Assembly (NCBI RefSeq): GCF_902459465.1
Contig: NC_047069.1
Span: 17,112,001 to 17,176,000, forward strand
DNA length: 64,000 nt
Reading direction: 5' to 3'
Origin: Asterias rubens
Taxonomy: Eukaryota
Shown here: positions 38,897 to 51,300 of the stretch, piece by piece
How positions within the stretch are numbered: the first letter of the stretch is position 1
Layout: each line of letters begins with the position of its first letter
Notes under the pieces: model-generated
What the model was told of the DNA's origin: nothing
Databases searched by the model: none
Seen by the model: only the letters and a program-made list of their open reading frames with translations
Translations under genes and position numbers: made by a program

Positions 38897-39504
38897 TTAC
38901 CAGAGTGGGTCACATGTTTCAAATGAATGGCTGGATGCAGCAGGTTTTAGTCTCACTAGAACATCAAGGATTGCGAAATCTCGCTCAGAGATTGTGTTTG
39001 TTGTAGGAACATTCTTAGCAGACTCCTGGAGGGTTGGGGTTGGTTGGAAGTATTTTCCTCCCTCAAGCTGATCTTTGGCTTGTCTTTCCAAAATCAAAAC
39101 AATACCGGTCAGAATCATTTCCAGTGCAACCTGTGTATACGTATCAAAATCAGCATCTTGTTGATCAGAGAATAGTGCTTCGTACATCTCATCTTTGTGG
39201 ATTTCTACATCGGGAAATAATGGTTCTTCTTCCATCAGAGGTGTAGCATCATTAACCCACATCTTCAACTTCTGTAGCATCTGATTAAGTGGTATATTTA
39301 GGTCAAGTATGCTGGAAGTACTTTCTGCCAAGCCCCAAAATGGACCATTAACAACTTTTCCACCATGCCCAGTGCTCTAATTTGGGCAAGGTAGATCTTT
39401 TGCTGGACATCAAACTGGACGGCTTTTAGGAGGTTGTTTGGGTCTGGCAACGTAGATATGAAGTGGCAAATATGGTGTCTGTGAAAGTAAGTGGCGGCGG
39501 CATC
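38897..39504 (-). pseudogene. Second hAT-like (CxxH family) transposase fragment, fused to PolB DNA
   Basis: Closely matches 24500-25090 (PTTNTISERDF, QAKDQLEGGKYF). Confidence 0.8.
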
Positions 39505-41600
39505 ACCTATGAAAAACTATAGACGGGCCACCAACAATATTCTTTTTCATCAAATAGTACAAATCTTTGTTTTGCTGTCAATGAGGGAAAAATATGTGTC
39601 GTCGGACAAAGTCAGAAATAAGTAGCGCAGTGAAAGACCAGGTACAGATATGGCACACTTACACTGTAAACAATATCCATGCTGTGTTCCTAGAACTCGA
39701 AACGTTTTGGCAACAGCACTCAAAAATGGAACCATGTCCAAATTATTGGACCAAACCACATTGTCCCGCATAGTTTGCACTCTATCACCTACACACTTTT
39801 AAAACAATCCTTTTGTCTGTATTGGATCACTTGGTATATGTGTTGTACTTCGATTCCAATGGATTAGTACCACTGGAGAAGAGGAGTCGCCAACAAAAAA
39901 ATTCTCCCCAAACATACTTTCTATTAAACTCTTATAAGGAGTCTTCAGGAGACCTTCCCCCTCAATCTTGAATATGATCACCGATATTATTTTTACTTAA
40001 AAAAAAGAAGCTTTTTTGAAGATTGGTGTCATTTCTTCAAACACTTCTTTTAATGCTGGATGAACACGCAAATCACATTCTACCAAGCCAAACATCAATC
40101 ATCAATCCCTTAACAATGAAATGCAGGATCTCACGCTGGGTCATCCTTTTTTGGTCGAAGTGTGTGGGACGGATTGTCTTAAAGAATTTTCTCAAATCTA
40201 AGTTTCCCTTGATTTCTGTTTCCCATTGGCATTCGGTTATCTCAATAAGGTGTTATATCCCTGATCCTTGATGTAAGACGACATTTTTTTTCGTCTCTAC
40301 TTGTAGCTGTGCACAGCTCTTTTGTCTCATTTCTTTATAATTTGTTTCGTTGAGGAAGCAGTTGTGTTCATGCCAGAAGCACCATGAAATTAGTAGACGG
40401 TTTGAGTCTGATGACAAAAACCGTCTGCAGGAATGTTTCTTGCCACTACTTGTTTTTCTTGTCCATTGAATTTGTTTAGGATATGTACACCTTGCGCTTC
40501 TGACTCTCAGCATTCTGTGGCCCTTATCCCATACTTTTGACTCTGTGTCGGCTCACAGTTTTCCTTGGCTTTTCGTCTAACGAAGGCACCAGTTGGCATA
40601 TTTTGCATTAGTGTCCACAAATATAAGGCATTGGCAACAAAGCCAATTACCTTTATGCATAATTTGTCGCCCCCTGTTATTTGTTTTTTGTTTTCATGAT
40701 ACCTATGAAAAACTATAGACGGGCCACCAACAATATTCTTTTTCATCAAATAGTACAAATCTTTGTTTTGCTGTCAATGAGGGAAAAATATGTGTCGTCG
40801 GACAAAGTCAGAAATAAGTAGCGCAGTGAAAGACCAGGTACAGATATGGCACACTTACACTGTAAACAATATCCATGCTGTGTTGTTCCTAGAACTCAAA
40901 ACGTTTTGGCAACAGCACTCAAAAATGGAACCATGTCCAAATTATTGGACCAAACCACATTGTCCCGCATAGTTTGCACTCTATCACCTACACACTTTTA
41001 AAACAATCCTTTTGTCTGTATTGGATCACTTGGTATATATGTGTTGTACTTCGATTCCAATGGATTAGTACCACTGGAGAAGAGGAGTCGCCAACAAAAA
41101 AATTCTCCCCAAACATACTTTCTATTAAACTCTTATAAGGAGTCTTCAGGAGACCTTCCCCCTCAATCTTGAATATGATCACCGATATTATTTTTACTTA
41201 AAAAAAAGAAGCTTTTTTGAAGATTGGTGTCATTTCTTCAAACACTTCTTTTAATGCTGGATGAACACGCAAATCACATTCTACCAAGCCAAACATCAAT
41301 CCCTTAACAATGAAATGCAGGATCTCACGCTGGGTCATCCTTTTTTGGTCGAAGTGTGTGGGACGGATTGTCTTAAAGAATTTTCTCAAATCTAAGTTTC
41401 CCTTGATTTCTGTTTCCCATTGGCATTCGGTTATCTCAATAAGGTTATATCCCTGATCCTTGATGTAAGACGACATTTTTTTTCGTCTCTACTTGTAGCT
41501 GTGCACAGCTCTTTTGTCTCATTTCTTTATAATTTGTTTCGTTGAGGAAGCAGTTGTGTTCATGCCAGAAGCACCATGAAATTAGTAGACGGTTTGAGTC
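39505..41600 (-). pseudogene. polB: Polinton-type PolB fragment, ~1.75 tandem units (locus 3)
   Basis: acctatgaaaaactatagacgggcc recurs at 39505 and 40701 (period 1196 bp); same motifs as loci 1-2. Confidence 0.85.
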
Positions 41601-42052
41601 GGGAAATAATGGTTCTTCTTCCATCAGAGGTGTAGCATCATTAACCCACATCTTCAACTTCTGTAGCATCTGATTAAGTGGTATATTTAGGTCAAGTATG
41701 CTGGAAGTACTTTCTGCCAAGCCCCAAAATGGACCAATAACAACTTTGTCCACCATGCCCAGTGCTCTAATTTGGGCAAGGTAGATCTTTTGCTGGACAT
41801 CAAACTGGACGGCTTTTAGGAGGTTGTTTGGGTCTGGCAACGTAGATATGAAGTCGCAAATATGGTGTCTGTGAAAGTAAGTGGCGGCGGCATCACCTAT
41901 GAAAAACTATAGACGGGCCACCATCGATATTCTTTTTCATCACATCGTACAAATCTTTGTTTTTGCTGTCAATGATGGAAAAATATGTGTCGTCGGACAA
42001 AGTCAGAAATAAGTAGCGCAGCGAAAGACCAGGTACAGATATGGCACACTTA
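41601..42052 (-). pseudogene. Repeat of the hAT-like/PolB chimeric junction
   Basis: 41601-41894 copies ~39212-39504; 41895-42052 is PolB again. Confidence 0.85.
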
Positions 42053-42346
42053 AGCCCTTTTCACACGACAAAGTCAAACTAGGGTCCTTGGTCTCAGGCG
42101 CCAGTTGTCTTGACCAAGGACGTTGGTCTCGCTCGAACACGACCTTTCACACGGCGCAGAAACCAACGTCCCGTGTCTCAGAGCCTTCGTCATTTGGGGT
42201 GTCAAAGGTCAACATTGTTTATGGTCCCTTTCGCTGGTATCCGCACATCTAGCATAACACATCACGAATGTATGCTGTTTACCAACTATTTTCCCGCGCT
42301 GTTTGTGCATCACTCTGTCACTGTTTTCCCACTCACTGGTGTTAAA

Positions 42347-44543
42347 ATGGCGAACCGTAATACCGACGTAGAATCTGTAATTTTTGGCGAGCTTTCGTCA
42401 AAGAAAACAAAACAAAAAAGAAACACCTGGACGTTCGATGAAACTGTCCGATTGATTGCAGTGGTAGGATCCACCGATGTCCAGGAAAAGTTGGACGGAC
42501 TTGTCCACAAAGACGTGGCAGGAGCGTTGGAGTCCAGGCACTCGGCCGAAAAGTGCCATGATAAATGGAACTGCCTCAAGAGGAAGTACCGAGAGGTCAA
42601 GAAAAAAAATAACAAGAGTGGACGGGGGAGACACACATTTATTTTCTTGAACGAAATGGATGACATTTTGGGTGAGTAAAGTATTGAAAAGTACCACCAA
42701 AAATCTACACGATGCTTGCAGTTGTACTGTAGTAGCTACGGAATTCCAAGAACTGAACGGAAACCAGTCGACTCGTCCCCCAGCAAAGTTGCACACTTTA
42801 AAGTCGCCCCAAACTAAGTCACCCCTTTATTGGGGTGGTAGTAATCAGGATGGTTATTTACTTTGTTTACTTGTTTTTTAAATTTAAAATAATAGATGTT
42901 TACACATTCTTAAATTGTTGAACTTTATATTATTTTTTGCTTTTACTATATCTTTTGGACAAATATTTTTATTTACTTTAGGGGGCGACTTTGCTGGGAG
43001 CGAGTTGACTGGCATCATCCAACTAAGCAATGTTAATATCATTAAAGTGTAACAATTTCATGCTGCAGATGGAAAGTCATGCACTAAGTTTAACTAACAG
43101 TAACAGTTTGCATAATTCAATATTTTTTAAATTATTTCGTTTAGGTCATCGTCCCATGATGGACAAGGCAAACCATGACCACCTGGACAGCGCCAGCCTC
43201 GCTGCAGCAGTTGCACCCATGGATTCAGACAGCGATAGAGACATCATCAGTGATATCGATGAAGCCTCTCCAGAAGAACTGGGAAGCGAATCCACACTGA
43301 CAGTGTCCACAAGTGAGTTTTAAGCCTTCCGCTTATATTTTTTGACACAAGCAAGTGGCCAAAAAAAGCTCTTCACTTTAAAAAAACAAAATATTGACCA
43401 GACCTTAAGAGCATTATTAGGTTCTAGACCTGAGCAACTAGTTAAGTTTACTATTCGACTGGTCGCGACTTTGACACTAGTCGCGACTAATTTTTAATTC
43501 CCAAGATATATTGCGGCATATTGTTTGCCGCAGGCCCAATAGTAAAATTCATGCTTAAAGGATTGAAGGATTGTGTCACTGATGTCTGTTTTTGTTTCGT
43601 TAGTAAATTATGTTGTCGTGAATAGTAGTAAGCGACACAATTGGTTCACCAAGCAGGTAGTCGCAACTTCTTTGGTAGTAGTTGTGGCGGCACAATTAAC
43701 TGAATAGTTGAAAAACAGTAGTTACGACTCGACTAAGCAATCAGTAGTCGCAACTTCGACACTATTCACCAAGGCTTATTAGGTACTGTACTATTTTGAA
43801 CAACACTATGTTTACTTTGTTTTGTCTTCCAGATTCTTCTTTTGATGGAAATAACGACACGACGGATGAAGTCCAGAGACCATCACAACCGCCAGCACCT
43901 GCTTCCCAGAAAGCCAAAAAGAAAAGTCCCTATGGTACAATTTATTTTCATGTTTTCATTCGCAATTTCAGATTCCTCTTTCAATTTTCTCATTAAAGAC
44001 AGTCCCTGCAAATGACTCGATTTTATCCGTTTGTAGTAAACTCAAAAAACCAAAGCAATTATTGAATGTTCTGATATTATTGAAATCTAGTCATAGTAAT
44101 AATAATACTCATAAATAGTGGCTTCTTATGTGATGTGGCACAATATCACAATATGTTGCCAAAGAAAACACAACAGTGTTCTTGAAAGCCAGTAATATTA
44201 TTCATTTTTGTTTATTTCCTGTACAGGAAAAGGAAAAATAAATCGTAGTGCGAGTGGTGCGCTCGAAAATGCCATGTCGTCCCTACATGAGCTGTATGAC
44301 AGAATGGAAACAAGAGATGAGAAGAATCTTCAGAAGATAGAGGAAAGAGAGGAGCAAAGACGAAGAGAAGATATTGATGTACAGGAGAAGCGAGATCGAT
44401 GGGAACATAAACAGGAGGAAAGACGAATCAAGGAGCATCGGGAATTTATGATGCAGATGATACAGATGATGCGTCAACCTGTGTACCCACCAAATTACCA
44501 ATCTCCTGATAACTGGAGTGGCCCATCGTTCACTATCCTGTGA
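42347..44543 (+). CDS. Harbinger Myb/SANT (trihelix/MADF-like) DNA-binding protein, 4 exons (42347-42671, 43145-43312, 43833-43934, 44227-44543)
   Basis: WTFDETVRLI...KC.DKWNCLKRKYR...F.FLNEMD.ILG|HRP; all GT-AG introns are phase 1 and keep the frame. Confidence 0.85.
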
Positions 44544-44989
44544 AATATCCTGATCCAGTAGCAAAACTTGCAATCCATAACAATTACTCAAACTAAATAA
44601 ATAACCAAAAAATCATTTGCAATGATGTTTTATTCTGTGAAACCAATTGTTGGAGGGTGGGAACACAACCAAATACAAGTTGAAAAAAAATCACAGGAAA
44701 TATCCCAAACTGTTTAAACTTACCAACTGAAAACATTTTTTGTAAATAAAAACCTTGCCTGGGAAGTAGTTCGATACTTTGTTCTTAAACACTTACATGC
44801 TATATAATTTCTTTACTTTTTATTCAACTCAAGTATTTATTCCTTTTAATTAAGCGCATTCTGTTCATATTATGTGATACTTTTGTCCATGTATCAAATT
44901 TCAAACTTGTAACTTGTTCTATTTGCCATGAACCCACCTTTGCAAAATGAACTTTGATTACAGTTCTCAGGTTATGTTTTTTTGTCCAT

Positions 44990-45750
44990 GAAGTAATTGC
45001 AATATTTGGGTAGTTCATTTTTTTATTTTTAAGTTTGAGTTCACTTTTAAGAAAACAAACTATGACAACTCTCATTTGACTTTCTCTTTGCCATGAATTT
45101 ATTATAATTTGAGTAGTTAAGTTCATTATTTCATTGATAGGTCTGTGTTAACTGTTACACTTTTAAGAAAATCAGACATTGAATGCGCTACTGTTCAGTA
45201 GTCCACTTTATTTTTGTTAAGTTATGGCATACACATCTATATGAAATATTTATTTGTAGAAGCAGCTGATAAATTAAAGTTAACTGTACACAAGGTTTAG
45301 TTTAATGTGTACATGTCGTACATGTCAACCCTGGCAACTTCAGAAAAGATCACCGCCATGTTTTTACTATTGCAGTATTATTTAATGTTCTCTTTGCCAT
45401 GATGTATTTGCAATATTTGGGTAGTGTAGTTCATTATTTTATTTTTAAAGTTGTGTTTACTTTGACACTTTTAAGAAAAACAAACAATGACAACTCTCAT
45501 TTTTTGTTCATTTTGCCATGATGTAAGTGCAATTTGAGTAGTTAAGTTCATTATTTCATAATTGGGTTTCTGTTATTACTTTTACCATTACACTTTTAAG
45601 AAAGACAAACATTGGATGTGCTACTTACTGTTCAGTAGTCCCCTTTGTTTTTGTTAAGTTATGGCATACACATTTATATGAAATATTTATTTGTAGAAGC
45701 AGCTGATAAATTAAAGTTAACTGTACACAGAATTAGTTCAATGTGTACAT
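44990..45750. repeat. Imperfect ~430-bp tandem duplication between the Harbinger genes
   Basis: Blocks gcaatatttgggtag, gacaactctcattt and ttgttaagttatggcatacacat...actgtacaca each occur twice. Confidence 0.75.
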
Positions 45751-46168
45751 GTATCTATACATACTTTTTAAATAATTTTTAAATAATTCTTCAGTTTTTT
45801 TATTTTTTGGTTCACATACATTACCTGTACATTTACATGAACTTGGTTATCAATAATTTGTACATGTATTTTTTTATCATAATGTACTATCAAAAAAGCT
45901 GTTTTGCAGGGAGTTATATTTCTATTAAAGTTTGATTTGAAAAGGTATTTGGAAATGTCTGGTTTATTTTACTTCATACTTATGTCCCTCTTTAAACATT
46001 AACAATGACAGTACATGTACATAAATGTGAAAACACCTATCATGAGATTTGAATAGTGAAAACAATTGCAATTCAATATACAATGTATAATAGTAAATTA
46101 GGTCTTACATGTACATTGTACACTGTAGTAAGTTTGGTCAAAAATACAGAAGGTGTGGGCAACCTTAA

Positions 46169-46204
46169 AGGCACTGGACACTATTGGTAATTGTCAAAGT
46201 GCCT
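46169..46204. mobile_element. 36-bp miniature TTAA-flanked element (Kolobok-like MITE remnant)
   Basis: ttaa|aggcact...agtgcct|ttaa: 7-bp TIR plus TTAA duplication. Confidence 0.65.
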
Positions 46205-46232
46205 TTAACAGTGGTATGATGGTACTTGCAAA

Positions 46233-48103
46233 TTATTTACTGATAAATTTGCAAAGGGCATTACGAATTGTGGACGCTTCTTTATGAATACAATGTCGCT
46301 GGTCATTAGTAGCAACAGTTGGTTGGGCAAATTCTTCCTCCTCTTCCCAGTGTGCTGAATAAGTCTCACGCCATGTCTCACAAAAGTTGTGGAGAGCCAC
46401 GCAAGCACCTACAATGTGGGGGATATTCAAAATGTCGCTTTCATTTTTTTTCAGGAGGCATCTCCATCTGTTTTTCAGACGGCCAAAGGCATTCTCGACA
46501 ACCATTCTACTTCGGCTGTGTATGTAGTTGTATCGTTTCTGTTCTTCAGTAAGGTTCCCGTATGGATAAGGCTTCATAAGATAAGTTTCCTCACCATACG
46601 CAGAGTCCCCAAGAATCAGAACGGGAACATCAACCCCTTCAATCGACCTGGTACTAGTGGGGAAAAAAGTACCTGCCATGAGTTTGTCCTTCAAAGATGA
46701 CTGCTCAAACACCCATGCATCATGGCACTTTCCGGGCCATCCAATGTCGAAGTCCAAAAACTTGTACTTGTAATCTACAAGTCCTTGCAGGACAACACTA
46801 TACCAACCCTTACGATTGTGGTAGTCAGTACAGTATGCGCTGGGTGAGGTAATCCGTATATGGCTGCCGTCTATTGCGCCACCACATTGGGGAAATCCCC
46901 ACTTTTGCTCAAATCCGTCCATGATCTTTCTTGTGTCTGCTGCAGAGGGTGCCTTTACATACAGCGGTATTAACACCTTGCAAATTGCTCGACAAACCTC
47001 AAGATAAATGGTGCAGACTGTGGATATACCGACCCCAAACAAGTTCGATATTGCTCCAAGATCGGCATTTTTGGCAAGTCGGAACAGTGTTATAGCGACT
47101 CTCTTCTCCACACTTATGGCCTTGCGCATGTTTGTGTTTTTCTTTGCGATGTGGTCACGTAGTTGGAGGCACAAGAGGCTGAACGTATCCCGAGTCATTC
47201 GAAATGATTCATAAAATCTTCCATCATCGAATGTGTCCATCATGTCCAGCTTCCAGAAATCTGTTTGACGTGGAAGGGACCAAGTGGTTCTTCCAAAACT
47301 TTGATGTACTTCTGTATTTAATAAAAACAAACAAAATTTTTGTTGTCAGTCAAAGAAGGTTTGTTGAGTTTGAAGTACAGAATATACCAATTGTTAAATA
47401 AACTTGTCTCATAATCTATTTGAATGTTCTGCTTGTTTAATTGCGAGCTCGCTGTATCATGTATATGTAGCAACACTACATAGTACATGTCAGGTTTAAG
47501 CCAAAAATCTGACATTTTTTCCACTTGAATTTGTCATAATTTATTTACACTCACGATCTGCATCTTGCATGACTTCATCTGTCCCTGGGGTCCCCATAGG
47601 GCATAGTACATATAGGCCCCTACTAAACAAGATTTAATTTGTTTAACTTTTAATTATTTTTAATTTATCATGTTTATGAAGAAGAATTGTATTGTAATTT
47701 GTGGTCCTGCCTGATGCTGGAAACTCTCCGTATCGTGCCCTCTTTTTTTACCTCATTTTTACAAAAAGGAACACCTCTATTGACAAAAAATCAATACTAA
47801 TTGATTTAATAACGAATGAAAAAGTGTGACAGTACGGAAACATTTCCTTGTTGTAACTGGGGAGTTGAAATTCTTACCGCTGAACGTTGTCATCATGAGT
47901 AACGCTGAATGAACGATCGTTTTGGCACATTTCCTTTGCTTCAACAGAAGTCTTCGACGGTAGAACATTGCCTGCTTTCTATAGCGTTGGTTTATGCCTC
48001 CAATTGCTCTTCGTGCGTTGTCATGGTTGTTGTTTTGACGTTTTTTACTCAAAAAACTTAGGAATGAAAGCATCATTAACGTTAGCTGTTCGATCGCCGC
48101 CAT
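46233..48103 (-). CDS. Harbinger (HARBI1-like, DDE_Tnp_4) transposase, 2 exons (48103-47878; 47311-46233), apparently intact
   Basis: F...FRMTR.TF, GAIDGSHI (D), LGDSAY (D), VVENAFGRLKNRW (E); the phase-1 intron G|gtaaga...tacag|AA restores the frame. Confidence 0.92.
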
Positions 48104-48385
48104 CTTGGTTGTCGTGTGGGTTTTTTGTGCGCATGCGTGGTAGCTCCAGCTACACCAGGGTCCTTCGTTACGCAAGCAATGTTCATTCACACAGCACGCA
48201 CGGACGATCGTGGTATAATTTACACAACGTTGTGTTTTTAAGACGGAGGTCTCGACCATGGTCTTAAAAGGACCAGGGACCCGTGCCTATTTAAGCAGAG
48301 GTACATTTCACACGATGTGGATTAAACAACGTTGTGTTCTTAGGACCAAGGACCCCCTGCTTATTTTGCTCGTGTGAAAAGGGCT

Positions 48386-51300
48386 TTTGTCACCTTCTGT
48401 GTTTTTTTGACAATTTCCACGTTTGGAGGCTTTGGTGCATGATCTTGAAACATGAAAAGCCATCATGTTATGGCCAAACTGTTCAGCAGTGGGATTGTCA
48501 CTGGTCCCTCCTGCCGATCTCTGCTTTGAAAAGTACATCTCGAGTGGATCTTGATTGAAGCGATCGCTTAGCAAATACTCCACTCCCGGAATTCGCAGAA
48601 GGACTTTACCCAATTTTGTGAAGGAATTCACTGAAACTAAAAGAAACGTTGATGATATGTTAAAACAAACTAGATTCAGGTCCATTGGTTCCAAATCAGC
48701 TATCTGAATTGTAGGTTGCTGCTGTGAACAATTCATGTATACAATTTTATCTTCAAGTATGCTCTCATCCTCCAATCAGATTTGTGGAAATACAAACAAA
48801 TATATAGCATCTGCGTCCCATATCCAACTCGCCTCAGTGTTGTGAACAATATTATACTGGATTCTTTGAGTCTCCAAAAAAAATTGTCTTGTTGCTTCTT
48901 TGTGTTTCTCAAAGTTCCCCGGTTAATTTAATTTTAAGATTTGTAACTTTGTGCTAGACATACATGAACATGAACCGCAATAAAAATAAAAATGCAATAA
49001 ATAATTACCAGTAATTCGCAATCCTTCAAGTGTCTCTCTGCTTATGCACATCCTCTGCTTCACTTCCTTTGTTACGTTTTCCAGGCTCTCAGATTCCTTT
49101 TCCCAGCTATCAAGAAAGTCCAAGAAGTCATCTTGAAGCCACTGGTTAAAAAAAGATAACATTAGGCCTATAATATTTTTATAAAATCATCAAATGGGTG
49201 GTTTTATCTGTGGGGTGGGTTTCAGGGGACATTCTTTGTTACAGGATGGCTTTGTAGAGGTGCTGGTCACATGTTCCTCCTCACCACTCACTGGCTTGGT
49301 ATTTTTAGCTATTTTGCTTCTTTGTTTCTTTATGGATCGATTTATATATTTACATTTTTATGCCAGTGTTGAGTCTAATAAAACTAAACTTAACTTGTCG
49401 GTGCAGAATGGGGGGGGGGGGGGGGGGGGGAGGATGCTCTACATATACTTTGCAGTAAGAAACCACACACTTAAAATCAGTTGAAAATTTAACTTCTTTT
49501 CCGTTTGGGGGGGGGGGGGTAAAACCTTAAATGTGACTGAAATTACCTTGAAACGCCAATCATCTACGCTTGTATATGGAGCAAGAGCTGGTTTGAGTTT
49601 GTGTGCTGACTTGTGGGGATTTCCAACGTTCAAACAGTCAAAAAAACTGGTCAAACTTTGAGACAAACAGCTGAGTTGAAGAAGTATCATGACAGCCAAA
49701 TGCCTTAAAAGCATTAGCAACAGTAATGCTCAGAACCTGAAAATAATGTGATACATTATAAAAATTGTTACGTCTGCCAAAATTCATAACTAAAAGGTAG
49801 GTTCCTTTGCCTTCATCGATCCTGGCTCTGCTCTACATTTTACAATGTCAATGCTTAGATGACAGTTGGTGTTTGTTATTCATTAACATTTATAAAACAA
49901 CAATGTACTTGTGTGGCCATATAGACTCGCATCCTCAAAGTTGGGGTTAGATGCAGATGTTCATACGTGATCTTGTATAGTCGTCGGAGGCCTGGAGAAG
50001 ATCTGTTCTTCCCGATGTCCCAGTCATACAACATCAGCAAATGTGTCCACTTAATATCTTGCTTCTGAAACTAACATGAGAAAAACATATGGGTCACATG
50101 TGAGCTTTACATTGACTAATTACATACAAGTGTACGGCGTAACACACAGTGTTTCTTGTAACAAATTATCAATTGTCGGTCAAGGATGCAAAAAGGGTTT
50201 TTGTTTTTCCATTGAATATTGTTACATTTTCTATTAACAGTTAAAGTTTTCTGCAATTTAAAATAGTGTAAAATTTTAGCAGTTGTAAAATATTTCAACA
50301 CTAAACAGTTGTATCAACAAACTTGCATGCAAGTTTCTGGTCATGTTGTTAAAGCCTGAATTCTCCCAGTTGTTTCTTGTTGTCTTCATGAGATGAGGGG
50401 CATCACAAAAGAAGAAAAGGTCTCGCTCTGCTGCAGGATGGCTCACTGAATGTGTGAAGGAGTTCCGGGGTCCATGGATCCTGTAGAATTTCCTGTTGGC
50501 CGATGCCCCATCTGATGCCAGTGACCTCACGATAAACCCCACTGCCTCCAGAAGATTAATAGCCTCCCAAATGCAGGGGTACAGCTGATGGCTAGAAATG
50601 CCAAGGCTAGGGTAGTACCCAATTGGTGAACGCAACGAAGTAAATATACCCCGAATCATCAGAACCAACACATGACTAGCAATTGGAACCTTCCCTCCTT
50701 TACATTTTACCTCAAACTGGAGGATTTCATTGGCAATTGAGCCCACATCAACAAAACCAACAACAGCGCCGGAACGAACTGAATAAACCAATCCCGCTTT
50801 TATTTTCATCTCATCGAACATGATTGTGATGTTACGCTCATGTTCTGGAAGTGAATAGAGATTGATGTCCTCAACAATCCTCAAAACCAGATCTGAATTA
50901 AAACCTGCAGTCGGCTCACCAAAATGAGTGTAAGGGTGAAGGGTGTTGGGATGAGGCAGCTTGAGAAAGCCGCTTTCACGAAGAAGGTCGTAGGTAGCCG
51001 ATGACTTGCTCTGCAGAGCAAGGCAGAATCTTATGATGGCTGGGTGCCACCTCATCCCTTTGCCCTTCTGGAAAGACTTCTTCTGCTGTTCCCAAAGCAA
51101 CGCTGCATAGGAGTGCTCAGGGACAGCAGACATGAAGGCAGATTCCTCCTGCTCCATTGCTTGATGAACCAGAGTGCTAGTACCGACAGGCAAAGTGATG
51201 CTGTCACCTTCGATCATCAGGCGTACCTTTTCCTGGAGGGCTCCACTCCTTCTCTTCAGAGATTGAATCTCAGCTTTCATCAACTTCATCTTTCTTTGCA

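Larger units (their letters stand above)
42053..48385. mobile_element. Full-length autonomous PIF/Harbinger transposon with two convergent genes
   Basis: TIRs agcccttttcacacga...gggtccttggtc (left) and gaccaaggaccc...tcgtgtgaaaagggct (right). Left flank TTA, right flank TTT, so the TSD is imperfect. Confidence 0.9.

Noticed and set aside
1499-42052. A complete Polinton/Maverick or endogenous virus
   Set aside because: Only a 1.2-kb polB piece is present; no capsid, integrase, packaging ATPase, protease or long TIRs were seen.
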